Source: Eledone cirrhosa (lineage: Eukaryota). Taken from it: DNA of 64,000 nt. Both the position numbers and the translations under genes were made by a program. The notes beneath the pieces are model-generated. The model had not been told where the DNA came from, did not search any database, and was given only the letters and a program-made list of their open reading frames with translations. Below are positions 1 through 12,519 of this stretch, piece after piece. The stretch is from the NCBI GenBank assembly GCA_964016885.1, contig OZ024752.1, positions 35,960,001 through 36,024,000 of the forward strand, written 5' to 3'. Position 1 is the stretch's first letter. Every line of letters starts with the position of its first letter.

Positions 1-90
1 TGGGGACCCCATTTGCTCACCATACGGAGAGATGGGGAGGGCGAGAGAGAGATGGAGGCGATGACAATGGAAGTTCGGCTGTTCTTTCAT
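1..90 (+). mobile_element. 3' tail of a CRE-like non-LTR retrotransposon (window edge)
   Basis: Near-identical to 56393-56475 (cccatttgctcaccatacggagagatggggagggcgagagag...atggaggcgatgaca), which directly follows a CRE-type C-terminal ORF. Confidence 0.55.
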
Positions 91-174
91 GTTTACTTAG
101 GTTACTATTTTCTATTGCATATAGTCTCACCCCCGAAAAAATAAATACTAACAGCAATGGTCAGAGGGTAACAC

Positions 175-362
175 TGGGTAATAAGAAAAGATTCAGGACC
201 CCGACGGCTGATCTCCGGTCGTTTCGACAGCTAGATCTGTCGAAACGGCTGGAGCTCAGCCGTCGGGGTCTTGAATCTTTTCATATTAGCCACTCTACTA
301 CCCCAGGTATCGAGTACTCTGGTGGGTTAAGGTCCACCTGGTATTTTACCACACCCTTTTTT
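175..362 (+). mobile_element. Fold-back PLE/retrozyme-like remnant carrying the 3' half of a hammerhead (GAAA-cggc-loop-gccg-UC-gggg family)
   Basis: Palindrome centred on gacag-ctagat-ctgtc. GAAA at 242-245 is followed by a cggc/gccg stem III and GUC. The shared tail (ccactctactacc..tgagtactctggtg..ggtcca..accacac) ends in (TA)n. Family copies at 19110, 23085, 26290, 31465, 33445 and 41675. Confidence 0.6.
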
Positions 363-367
363 ATATA

Positions 368-1285
368 TACGAGGTGTGTCAGAAAAGTTTCAGGACTTAT
401 GTCACAAAAGATTTATTTCAAACCCAAACTTCACACTAAGGGTTTTCTCCTTCAAAGTAATCCCCCTGGAGTATGTAACTGTAATCTTAGCTCTCTGCAG
501 CGATCAAACTTTTTTCTTCATAATTTTATATACATGTCCTCTGTTTCAGGTCGTCAAGCCATGAGCACAGAGCAACGAATAAACTTGAAATTTCTGGTAC
601 GGTTGGGGAAAACTCCGTCAGAAGCACTGGGATTGCTGCAGTAAGTGTATGGAGATGAGACGATGACACGCTCACGTGTTTTTGAGTGGTGCAAGAGGTT
701 TAAAAAGGGACGCGAGGACGTGGAAGATGACCCAAAGAGCGGAAGGCCCTCAACAACCAGGACTGAGGTCAACGTTGAACGCGTCAGGCAGATGGTGCGT
801 AGCGATCGTCGGCTGACTGTTCGACTGATGGCAAATGAGCTGAGCATGCATCAGGACAGCGTCTGGAAGATTCTCACTAAAGATTTGGACATGCGGAAAG
901 TCTGCGCGAAGATGGTGCCAAAACTGCTGAACGATGACCAGAAGGGTCGACGCATGCAAGTGTGCCAAGACATCCTCGAGCATCTTGAAACCGAACCAGA
1001 CTTGCTAGGGACAGTCATCACCAGTGATGAGTCACGGATCTTCGAGTACGACCCGGAGGGGACCCGTTTTGAAGATGTGGACGACACCAAAAAGGCCTTA
1101 ACGACGGAACTGCGGAGGATCCCGGAAGAATCCTTCCAGGAGTGCAGGCAAGCGTGACCGAAAAGGATGGAAAAGTGCATTAGACTCCAGGGGGATAAAT
1201 TTGAAGGAGAAAACTCTTAGTGTGAAGTTTGGGTTTGAAAGAAATCTTTTGTGACATCAGTCCTGGAACTTTTCTGACACACCTC

Positions 1286-1288
<3 letters not shown>
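368..1288 (+). mobile_element. Mariner (Tc1/mariner) transposon, internally deleted
   Basis: ~105-bp TIRs at 368-472 and 1184-1288 (yacgaggtgtgtcagaaaagtt...ccccctggagt), TA on both sides, mariner transposase remnant inside. Confidence 0.95.
561..1220 (+). pseudogene. Mariner transposase pseudogene
   Basis: MSTEQRINLKFLVRLGKT..., HTH, SGRP, KMVPKLL (WVPHEL-like), ITSDES (first catalytic D), then a direct jump from IFEYDPE to GTRFEDV, so the HDNA and YSPDLAP motifs are deleted. In-frame stops at 642-644 and 1155-1157. Confidence 0.92.
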
Positions 1289-1339
<51 letters not shown>

Positions 1340-1481
1340 GTGTTAAACAATATTCAATGAGTATGTATGTCAAAGAATTAGTTTTACAGTAGATTGGAAG
1401 CACTCTACAGCAAAATAATTTTCCAGAGTTATTAATATTAAAATATAAATATTAATAAAATAGATGTTCTTTTGATCAATT

Positions 1482-1538
1482 ACATTTTATTATACATATT
1501 TCGGATGTACAACAGTACGTCCTCATCAGACAAAATAT
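1482..1538 (-). ncRNA. Type I minimal hammerhead ribozyme
   Basis: Reverse complement of the 2181-2237 motif. Confidence 0.8.
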
Positions 1539-2180
1539 AATGATACATTACATACCCTGAGATGTTAATTGGTTAAGGTTTAATCAAGGTAGTGATTAAC
1601 CTAAGAGAAGATTTAACATATATACCCTAATTATGAGAAAATGCGAAAACGTAATAAATTCATTAGAGGTGTAAGAAAAACGTTGCTTAATGTAACTGTA
1701 CTAGAGATTTTAAAATGTATGATACTACGATATTTAGAAATGATAACACACTTATTGAATTTATAAAACTAATATATAAATAACCAGCAAATAATCCTGA
1801 AATCTGGAGTCTTCACCCTAATATTATAAATTAAATATTCTCAAATTTAACCGTTTAACTTTCGGAAAAAATCTCCTTCTGCATATATCACCCCACCCCC
1901 CTTTATCTTTCCCTCTTTATAAATCCTTTTCCAGGGGCTAACACTGGCTGTTATGATTCATGATATGTTTTCCTAGATATATCGTAGTATCATACATTTT
2001 AAAATCTCTAGTACAGTTACATTAAGCAACGTTTTTCTTACTCACACATTCTCTAATGAATTTATTACGTTTTCGCGTTTTCTCATAATTAGGGTATATA
2101 TGTGAAATCTTCTCTTAGGTTAATCACTACCTTAATTAAATCTTAACCATTTAACATCTCAGGCTATGTCATGTATCATT

Positions 2181-2237
2181 ATATTTTGTCTGATGAGGAC
2201 GTACTGTTGTACATCCGAAATATGTATAATAAAATGT
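2181..2237 (+). ncRNA. Type I minimal hammerhead ribozyme
   Basis: atattttgt-CTGATGA-ggacgtac tgtt gtacatcc-GAAA-tatgta-TA-ataaaatgt. Stem I has G:U pairs, stem II is 7/8 bp, stem III is short and near-palindromic, triplet AUA. Confidence 0.85.
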
Positions 2238-2273
2238 AATTGATCAAAAGAACATCTATTTTATTAATATTTA

Positions 2274-2338
<65 letters not shown>

Positions 2339-2749
2339 AAACTTGGGGAGGGTGATATTGTTGTAATAATATTGCCAGAAATAATTACAGAACACACTCA
2401 CTGTTTGGTTGGTTTTCGCTTCTGTATCTTTTATATCTCCATAGTTAATTTATATATATATTAGAACGTGTATTTACAATACAAGTTTTTTAGTTAAATA
2501 TTTTTACTGAAACTATATTCAACATAAGAATATCTCCACATCAGTACTGTTTCTGTGAAGACAGTATTTTATCCTTGCTAGTGGCTGTCTTAAGTATTAG
2601 TAAGAGTATGTTTTTAAAATATTTTAGCATTCGTTATCTGAACTTTGAAAAGCTAAGTTTCATTTGTACATGTCTTTATATATCGTATCTTTGATGTTTT
2701 GCCCTCAATAAACGGCTTATCATTGTCTAGAAATAGATTTAAATTTTAG

Positions 2750-5700
2750 ATCCCGTGACCCCTGATAGAGTCGTAGAGGCATCGTATTGACATACAGAGT
2801 TTCTAGGGCATTTTAAAGCCTGGCGGAGCCCATCTTCTCTCTAGGTCTGAATAGACCAGATTTCTTTCATAGGAGGGTAGAAAGTGAGAGAAAGAAAGTT
2901 AGAAAGAGATATAGAGCGAAAATGGACCCCCAGTACTTGACTGGTACTTTTTTTATCGACCTTGAATAACTGAAAGGCAAAGTTGAGTTGACCTCGACGA
3001 GATTTGAATTCAGAAACCAGAGAGTCGAAATGAATAGCGCAAAGTATTCTATTTGACGCTCTAACGACTCTGACAAGTCATCGCCTTACATGTAAATAAA
3101 TATATTGATATACGGTGTTTCTAGAACATTTTAAAGCCTGGCGGAGGCCATCCCCTCTCCAGGTCTGAATACAGCAGATTTCTTTCAGAGGAGGGTAGAA
3201 AGTGAGAGAAAGGAAGTGAGAAAGAGATATAGAGGAAGAATCAAACAACCCAGTACTTGACTGGTACTTTTTTTTATCGACATCGAAAGGATGAAAGACA
3301 AAGTTGACCTCGGCAGGATTTGAACTGAAAGAGCAGAGAGCGAAGACCAACACCATAAAGCAATCTGTGAAATCTTGTATGCATTAATTTCATCTCTTAT
3401 TATTAAGTTTACGGGGTCGATAAAATAAAGTACCAGTAATGTACTGGGTAATTGCTGGCCTTGTGCCTAACGTAGAAACAATTATTATTAATAACTGCAT
3501 TGAGGGTGGTGGATTGGCAGTATCTGTAGGGCGCCGGACAACATGCTGTGTGGCATAGCGTTACGGCCCTTTACGTTCTGAGTTCAAATTCCGCCGGGGT
3601 TAGCTTTGCCTTTCAACCTTACGGGGTCGATAAGATGAAGTACCAGTAACGAACTGGGGTCGGTTTAATCGACTTTCCCCTTCCCCTAAGATTATTGGCC
3701 TTGTGCCTATACTAGAAATCATTATTAATAACTACACTACACTAAGTACCAGTAATGAACTGGGTTATTGCTGGCCTTGTGCCTAAAGTAGAAACAATTA
3801 TTAATAACTACACTGTTTCTTTCCAGAGACTACGTTAAAAAAATAGACCTCGTTTGGTCATGCCATGAGAGTATCTTGGTCAGTCTATGAACTTTTTCAG
3901 TCTATGAACTTTTCAGCCCACCCTCGTGTATTTTTCTAGAACTAAACGTGATTTTTCTACTACGAATTATGCCTCTGAATTGCATTTTCTTTTGAAAATT
4001 TACTATTGGTTTTACTTTTTTTGTCTTGTTGCATTATACAATTATAAAATCAAAACAATTCATTAAACAATATTACTCTTAAGTAATTTGTATGATGATT
4101 GTTTTTTTAATCGATAACAATTTCCTTCAATTTTATGAGCTTATCATTATGAAATAAGTTCGTTTGAAGAAATGTTATAGCTTGTTAAATACGAAAATAA
4201 TATTCAAAAGTAGGACGTTTCCTTAATGATGAACTGACAGGATATTTAATTAGCACAAAATATTTCTTAAACTTAATGTATTTTTTAAACTAAATAAGAG
4301 CATTTGAATGGCAGAATCGGATTAAACATTTTCCAGTATTTAATTGTGTCAATTTACGTACTGAGTTCAAATCCAATCTAGATTAGCTTTGACTTTCATC
4401 CTTACGGAGTCAATAAAATAAAGTACCAGTAACACACTGGGTCGATTTAATCGAATCTCGGTGTGCCCCCCCCCCTCCCTACACACACTAACAAAAACAT
4501 TTATTGACCATATGCGTAAATTAGAAACCATTATTAAAACTAAATGCAGGGTGGTGGATTGGCAGTATCGGTAGAGGGTCGGACGTTATGCTGTGCAGCA
4601 TAGAATTACGGCCCTTTATGATCTGAGTTCAAATCCCACCGAGGTTAACTTTGCCTTTCATCCTTACGGGGTCGATAAAATAAAGTTCCAGTCACGCATT
4701 GGGGTCGATTTAATCGACTTTCCCCTCCCCCGAATTGCTGGCCTTGTGCCTAAATCAGAAACCATTATTAAAACACTATTTAAAAGAATTATTTGATGTA
4801 GATATTAATTAGCACGAGCTATAGGGATGAAAATGTGACAAACAGTTATTTATTTGTTAATTGTTCTCGGCATTCAACAGAGGAAGTTTCTATGAGGTCA
4901 CCTGACTTACTAGAAATAGGGGGAAATCATCCTAGACATCACATGCTACGCTACCATCTTTTAACGAACCGTATCTATAAATAGAACGGCGGCGAATTGG
5001 CAGAGTCGTTAGAACATTATACTCTCTGAGTTCAAATCCCGCCGAAGTCAACTTTGCTTATCATCTATTCGAAGTCGATAAAAAAAGTACCAGTCGAATA
5101 CTGCATTTGATTTTTCTTCTTTATCTCAATTTCACTTCCTTTCTCTCACTCTCTCTATCTTTCTATGGAAGAAATCTGCTGTATTCAGATCTGGAGAGGA
5201 GATGGGCTTCTCCTGGCTTAAAATGTCCAAGAAACGCATCAGAAGTTACAGTACTCATACCATACTTATACCATCTGTAAATGGGCGATAATCAAACTAT
5301 TTTCCTTTGTATCTTTTACTTTTCGCTGTTACAAGATGAGCTATAAGACTATTCTGTTGTAGAACAAATTAAATTTGGCGAGGAAAATATATTTAACTGC
5401 TGTTATTTCACTTGTTACACGTTTATGTTTAGCAATTTTGTGTGCATCTGTAAATTTGCTACAAGTTTGTTTTTTTTTTGTTTTTTTTTTGTGGGGGGGG
5501 GGGGTCTTTTTTTGTTTCGAATACTCCAGACGTTTGACTAATTTACGAAAAAGCCAACAATCAATATAAAACACATTATTTACTCATAAGAGGGATTTGT
5601 AGTAATCGGTAGAGCGACAGTCAACATACTTTGGGGCATTTTTGTCTACCTTGTACCACACTCAATGAAGGCGTGGATTGGCAGTATCGGTAGAGCGTCA

Positions 5701-5790
5701 GACACCATGCTTACGGGATCGCTAAAGTAAAGCACCAGTAATGCACTGGGGATAATTGCTGGCTTTGTGCCAAAAGTAGAGACAATTATT
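2750..5790. mobile_element. Cluster of tRNA-derived Nin/Deu-domain SINE copies (both strands)
   Basis: A box (tggcagtatcgg), B box (gagttcaaatcc) and central gcctttcatccttacggggtcgataaaataaagtaccag. Copies at ~2925-3090(-), 3250-3360(-), 3500-3720(+), 4305-4540(+), 4548-4770(+) and 4988-5230(+). Confidence 0.85.
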
Positions 5791-6182
5791 TACTCATGGG
5801 AAGTAAGCCATCTGGTACACATTTCTTTCTCAACCACTTTGAAATTGTTTCCTGTACAAAATTGCACTGAAAGGACACGAGGCTTCATCATTTGGAAAAG
5901 TGTCAAAAACTTCACTCAAACTTCACTCTGGAATAGGAGTGCCTGCGCACACCTACATTCCACCGACCCATTCATGCACTTCTTTCGCCTCATTCACCTC
6001 TATCACCTGCATGTCGGTAGCAAGATTTTTTTAGCTACTCAAGATCAAAGTCTTCCACCACTCTTCTAAATACAACTGCTATCTCTAACACACTAACGAA
6101 CTCCTCCAATGCACAAATAACTATCCGATTATAAATGTTTTTCTTCATTACTCACACACTTCTTCATGGATTTCACAGTCAC

Positions 6183-6233
<51 letters not shown>

Positions 6234-6264
6234 AAAGAATAGAGGTGTAACACACAAGTTATTA

Positions 6265-6628
6265 TATATTGGTAAACGGAATAGAAAATGCTGACAAATT
6301 GTTCACAGTTGAAAAATGGTTTAATTAGGAATAAAAGAGTATTAGTAATTGTATGTGTTAGTATTCAGTTGTGGTTTTAAGTTTTTAAGTTTTTACCGGT
6401 TGCGCATTTCTAAATGCTTTTCAAACATAATTTTGAGATAGAGTGTCCGTGTTGTTTGCTCTATCTCAAAATTATTTTTGAAAAGCATTTAGAAATGCGC
6501 AACCGGTAAAACTTAAAAACTTAAAACCACAACTGAATACTAACCCATACAATTACTAATACTCTTTTATTCCTAATTAAACCATTTTTCAACTGTGAAC
6601 AATTTGTCAGCATTTTCTATTCCGTTTA

Positions 6629-6636
<8 letters not shown>
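6265..6636. repeat. Fold-back palindrome between (TA)n tracts with a degenerate UUGAAAA-core hammerhead
   Basis: Arms ~6265-6443 and ~6459-6636. At 6475-6511: ttt-TTGAAAA-gcat ttagaa atgc-GCAA-ccgg-TA-aaa. Confidence 0.75.
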
Positions 6637-6720
<84 letters not shown>

Positions 6721-6913
6721 AAAGGAAAAAATGAAACGAGGTATGTATATAAAAAATGAAACAAGGTATGTATATTTCCTCTGATAATTTGTAATATTTT
6801 TACATAGATATATATGATATACATACCAACACACATATACATCCTAGAAACGATCGTAAAATGATGAATTTTTAAATATAAAGAACTTGTTCTTTGTTTT
6901 TATTAATTAATCA

Positions 6914-6957
<44 letters not shown>

Positions 6958-7091
6958 AAAAAAGATGAAATCGAAAATGCAACTGGAGTCTTTTTTAGAC
7001 AAATAAATATTCTTAAAAAGACTCCAGTTGCATTTTCGATTTTATCTTTTTTCCTTATACTTTCACTCGTGTAGGACATCATTTTCTTATA

Positions 7092-7202
<111 letters not shown>

Positions 7203-7360
7203 AAATGAGGGGTTTTTTTAAATGAAAGAAAAAACGAGATGTCCTACACGAGTGAAAGTATAAGGAAAAAAGATAAAATCGAAAATGCAACTTGAGTCTT
7301 TTTAAGAATATTTATTTGTCTTAAAAAGACTCCAGTTGCATTTTCGATTTCATCTTTTTT

Positions 7361-7425
<65 letters not shown>

Positions 7426-7473
7426 TATATATAAATATATATATAAATATATAAATATATATAAATATATATA

Positions 7474-7551
<78 letters not shown>

Positions 7552-7621
7552 AATATATATATATTTCGTTTCTGAATTTGTTTGGCAAGATTCTTTATCT
7601 GAAATCGTGTGTTGAAACCGA

Positions 7622-7825
7622 TATTGTTATACTTTGGGAGGGTCATGTTGCCAATAAGAAACACACGCACCAGTTGCTTTCACTTCAATTTATTATATAT
7701 TTATAAATTTACAAGTTTATAAATTTATAAACTTGTAAATTTATAAATATATAATAAATTGAAGTGAAAGCAACTGGTGCGTGTGTTTCTTATTGGCAAC
7801 ATGACCCTCCCAAAGTATAACAATA
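7622..7825. repeat. Fold-back palindrome between degenerate (TA)n tracts
   Basis: atattgttatactttgggagggtcatgttgcc...tttacaagtttataa is mirrored around ~7723. No HHR core seen. Confidence 0.8.
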
Positions 7826-7859
7826 TATATATAAATATATATATATAAATATATATATA

Positions 7860-7891
<32 letters not shown>

Positions 7892-8006
7892 AATATATAG
7901 ATATATAAATATATATATATAAATATATATATATAAATATATATATATATAAATATATATATATATAAATATATATATATATAAATATATATATATAAAT
8001 ATATAC

Positions 8007-8043
<37 letters not shown>

Positions 8044-8074
8044 TATATATATATAAATATATATATATATAAAT

Positions 8075-8105
<31 letters not shown>

Positions 8106-8417
8106 AATATATAAATTGAAACAAAATGAAAACGAAATTTCATTTCTCACTCTTAGTATGGTACTTACTTAAATGTAAGTATGCATGTATACGTACATAC
8201 ATATATGTATACAGACGTACAGTAGCATGCACATATATATATATATATATATACACATACATATGCATACAGGTACACATACATATATGCACGTATCAGT
8301 TTAGCGGCGCTTATTATAACGTCGCTTTGTTCGTTTGTAAACAAACTGAACAGCCTGAATTTATGCCATACGATGTTAAGGCAACCACGTCACCTTTTTG
8401 TTCAACACTGACACAGG

Positions 8418-8462
8418 AACGATGTACTAGTTTCAAGCTTGTTAGCTATCATCAGCACCGTT
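8418..8462 (-). ncRNA. Type I minimal hammerhead ribozyme
   Basis: Reverse complement of the 9075-9119 motif. Confidence 0.8.
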
Positions 8463-8885
8463 TACCCATCTGCCAGATAGTTGAACGTTCGAAAGTATAT
8501 ACTTTCCTTATGAAAATTAACGGCTGAGCAGCCTAATTTGCATATTGAGTGAGTTAAATCGGTCAGGCATACCGAAAACGATAAATTGAAACAAAATGAA
8601 AACGAAATTTCATTTCTCACTCTTAGTATGGCACTTACTTAAATGTAAGTATGCATGTATACGTACATACATATATGTATACAGACGTACAGTAGCATGC
8701 ACATATATATATATATATATACACATACATATGCATACAGGTACACATACATATATGCACGTATCAGTTTAGCGGCGCTTATTATAACGTCGCTTTGTTC
8801 GTTTGTAAACAAACTGAACAGCCTGAATTTATGCCATATGGTGTTAAGGCAACCACGTCACCTTTTTGTTCAACACTGACACAGG

Positions 8886-8930
8886 AACGATGTACTAGTT
8901 TCAAGCTTGTTAGCTATCATCAGCACCGTT
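8886..8930 (-). ncRNA. Type I minimal hammerhead ribozyme
   Basis: Reverse complement of the 9075-9119 motif, 468 bp from the previous copy. Confidence 0.8.
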
Positions 8931-9074
8931 TACCCATCTGCCAGATAGTTGAACGTTCGAAAGTATATACTTTCCTTATGAAAATTAACGGCTGAGCAGC
9001 CTAATTTGCTCAGCCGTTAATTTTCATAAGGAAAGTATATACTTTCGAACGTTCAACTATCTGGCAGATGGGTA

Positions 9075-9119
9075 AACGGTGCTGATGATAGCTAACAAGC
9101 TTGAAACTAGTACATCGTT
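9075..9119 (+). ncRNA. Type I minimal hammerhead ribozyme
   Basis: aacggtg-CTGATGA-t agct aaca agct t-GAAA-ctag-TA-catcgtt. Stem I is 7 bp, stem III is the palindrome actagt, triplet GUA. Confidence 0.85.
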
Positions 9120-9566
9120 CCTGTGTCAGTGTTGAACAAAAAGGTGACGTGGTTGCCTTAACACCGTATGGCATAAATTCAGGCTGTTCAGTTTGTTTAC
9201 AAACGAACAAAGCGACGTTATAATAAGCGCCGCTAAACTGATACGTGCATATATGTATGTGTACCTGTATGCATATGTATGTGTATATATATATATATAT
9301 ATATGTGCATGCTACTGTACGTCTGTATACATATATGTATGTACGTATACATGCATACTTACATATAAATATATAAATATATATATATATAAATATATAT
9401 ATATATAAATATATATATAAATATATATATATAAATATATGTAGGAGGTGAGTTTTATTGTAGTACAATAAAGCAATGCAGATATCGGATAAGAAGCACT
9501 CTACAGTTTGTAGGACTGGAGTATACATAATATATAAGAACAAAAGATGGTTAAAAGAGTTCCATG

Positions 9567-9637
9567 TATTTTATTATGCGCATTTCAAAAACAAATATCA
9601 TCATGCAATAATATTTGTGTTTTCATCAGATAAAATA
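9567..9637 (-). ncRNA. Type I minimal hammerhead ribozyme
   Basis: Inverted arm copy of 9744-9814; fold-back apex at ~9690. Confidence 0.8.
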
Positions 9638-9743
9638 GGAAGACATGATATGAAGGTTAAAAAACACTTGTGGATAGTGCAGTTATGTTGATTTAAAACT
9701 GAACTATCCACAAGTGTTTTTTAACCTTCATATCATGTCTTCC

Positions 9744-9814
9744 TATTTTATCTGATGAAAACACAAATATTATTGCATGATGATATTTGTTTTTGAAATG
9801 CGCATAATAAAATA
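9744..9814 (+). ncRNA. Type I minimal hammerhead ribozyme
   Basis: tattttat-CTGATGA-aaacacaaatat..atatttgttttt-GAAA-tgcgca-TA-ataaaata. Stem I is a perfect 8 bp; stem III is the palindrome atgcgcat. Confidence 0.88.
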
Positions 9815-10466
9815 CATGGAACTCTTTTAACCATCTTTTGATCTTATATATATATAAATATATATATATAAATATATATATATAAATATATGTAGGAGGT
9901 GAGTTTCACCCACAATTATTATTTTTTTCTCTCTATCTTCATACATAATTTCGCTTCGTTAATTTTCAAATTCCTTTAATTTATACATTATCTTCCAACG
10001 GTTCCCAACCTCTCTATATTAAAACAATATATCTTTTTCTCAGTTATAAAAACTATCTCTTTCTCTCTATCACCCATCTCTCCCTCTCCACCTTCACTCT
10101 CATCTCCTCCCCCTTTTTTTTTTTCATCCTTTCCACCCCCCCCCCCCCTCCCTAAATAAACTATTTTTTCCTCGCACATATCCTCCCTTCGTTAATTTTC
10201 AAAATTTTTAATTTATACAGTATCTTCCAACGGTTTTCAACCCCTCTATATAAAAAATATATCTCCTCTCAGTTATAAAAACTATCTCTTTCTCTCTATC
10301 ACCCATCTCTCCCTCTCATCTCCTTCCCTTTTCATCCTTCCCCCCCCCCCTCTCTAAATAAAATATTTTTCCCAATATCACACATCAATCTAAAACCACT
10401 TTTCATATGTTGATTTAAAACTGCACTATCAACAAGTGTTTTTTTAGCCTTCATATCATGTTCTCC

Positions 10467-10537
10467 TGTTTTATCTGATGAAAACACAAATATTATTGCT
10501 TGATGATGTTTGTTTTTGAAATGCGTATAATAAAATA
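10467..10537 (+). ncRNA. Type I minimal hammerhead ribozyme (diverged copy)
   Basis: Same family as 9744. The substitutions in stems I and II turn A-U into G:U, so pairing is kept. Confidence 0.8.
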
Positions 10538-10572
10538 TATGGAACTCCTTTAACCATCTTTTGATCTTATAT

Positions 10573-10928
<356 letters not shown>

Positions 10929-10929
10929 A

Positions 10930-10986
<57 letters not shown>

Positions 10987-11011
10987 AATATATAAATATA
11001 TATATATATAA

Positions 11012-11054
<43 letters not shown>

Positions 11055-11131
11055 TAAGTATGTTTTGAAACAGCGAACGAGTTTGAAATTAAAAATAAGA
11101 ATCTTTCGCCGTATTCTTTGATTAGGCGATA

Positions 11132-11241
11132 CCCGCTGATGAAGCCGCATAAGCCTATTGTGCATTGTTGCATAATATATGCAGGCAGATGGTGCAGTGC
11201 ACCTTACTGCTGCCTTAGTGCTGCAGAAACTCGAGTCCGGG
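11132..11241 (+). ncRNA. Type I hammerhead with expanded stem II
   Basis: cccg-CTGATGA-(83-nt structured insert)-GAAA-ctcgag-TC-cggg. Stem III is the palindrome actcgagt, triplet GUC. Confidence 0.72.
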
Positions 11242-11394
11242 AACCTTATAGGCACCCGTTTTACGTGTGTTGTGTTGAGGCAAATAACTATGTGTATACT
11301 CTGGTAATGTATCTTACATTGCCCATTGAGTGCGCTGAGATACAACCGGTACTGACATTGATAAATATGTTGAGTCCGTCAACCCTTATTATTA

Positions 11395-11452
<58 letters not shown>

Positions 11453-11454
<2 letters not shown>

Positions 11455-12021
11455 TATACGTCAAGACGGGCGGTCTCAAAGGTGAAAGTAAATTTATTTT
11501 CATTTTCGAACGTCGTGTTTACATTTTGTGTGTGTGTTTAGATCTAAATTAGTGTCGTTTTAACTGATTATATATATATGTATATGTGTGTGTGTGTAGT
11601 TGACGGTTGAGAGAAGAGTACTCAATACCGAAGTAATCTTGTAATGAGGCTTGCAGAATGATGAGTCCGCCATTCTAGACGCTGCTGCCTTGCAGAAGTC
11701 CCAAATCGAAGCTCTGACACTCTCGTCCCCATCATTCAGCAGGGATTTTGCCAGGCAGCCGCATCATCTCCGATGGTTGGGCTTCCTATTCGGAAATTGA
11801 ACGTGGGATTTACGTTCATGATGTTGTGGTGCACGAACGGAACTTTGTAGATCCTGCGGACCTTGATGTGCACACACAGCTCATAAAGAACACATGGAGC
11901 CGTGCAAAGAAGAAGCTTCGTCGCCAGCATGTTTCGTTTGAACACACACACAAAATGTAAACACGACGTTCGAAAATGAAAATAAATTTACTTTCACTTT
12001 TGAGACCGCCCGTCTTGACGT

Positions 12022-12026
<5 letters not shown>
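11453..12026 (+). mobile_element. Merlin (IS1595-like) DNA transposon deletion derivative
   Basis: ~86-bp TIRs beginning GG (ggtatacgtcaagacgggcggtctcaaa... / ...tttgagaccgcccgtcttgacgtatgcc), inserted in (TA)n, with a transposase fragment inside. Confidence 0.88.
11675..11940 (+). pseudogene. Merlin/ISXO2-type DDE transposase fragment
   Basis: EVPNRSSDTLVPIIQQ / LPGSRIISDGWASY...H.VVVH..NFVDP...VHTQLIKNTWSRAK matches the IS1595-family SD.W..Y, H..V.H and HTQ.IE..W motifs. Frameshifted and truncated. Confidence 0.85.
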
Positions 12027-12057
<31 letters not shown>

Positions 12058-12519
12058 TATGTTTTGAAACAGCGAGCGAGTTTGAAATTAAAAATAGTCT
12101 TTCGCCGTTTTTTTTTTTTTTGCTAAAGAAATTTTAGCCTGATAGTGGGATTTAGAACCCTCTAAGAAATGGAAAAAGATGAGTATTGACGTACGTGTAC
12201 GTCAATATATTTTAAGATTCTAATGGATGAAAGGCAAAGTTGACCTTTAACTCAGAGAGCAAAATGCCGGAACAAATACCATAAAGCAGTTCTATCCGAC
12301 GTTCTAACGACTCTGTCAATTCGCCGCCTTTGTCTATACATACCTATACAAGAGTCTCCGCCTCTTCACAGGACAACAGCCCGTCGCAATATTAAAGTTT
12401 GTCTCGATACCTGAAGCTCATCAAGCTGAAACTTAGTACAAGACTTCCCTCTGGACAGGACACCAGTCCATCGCAGAGTCAACCCCCAGCTATTGCTGCA
12501 GATACTCATTTTCGGCAGA

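Larger units (their letters stand above)
1439..2281. repeat. Long inverted repeat (arms ~1439-1750 and ~1969-2281) between (TA)n tracts; PLE pseudo-LTR-like
   Basis: The arms are reverse complements, each contains an HHR, and the HHR sense strands point outward. Confidence 0.85.
8110..9362. mobile_element. PLE-type partial tandem plus inverted pseudo-LTR structure
   Basis: ~468-bp direct repeat (8110-8578, 8579-9009) immediately followed by an inverted copy (9010-9362). Each unit has an HHR. A related 3' end occurs at 23620-24030. Confidence 0.8.

Noticed and set aside
3500-3720. tRNA genes suggested by A and B boxes
   Set aside because: These are SINE heads: no cloverleaf, and they continue into the Nin/Deu or CORE-like body.
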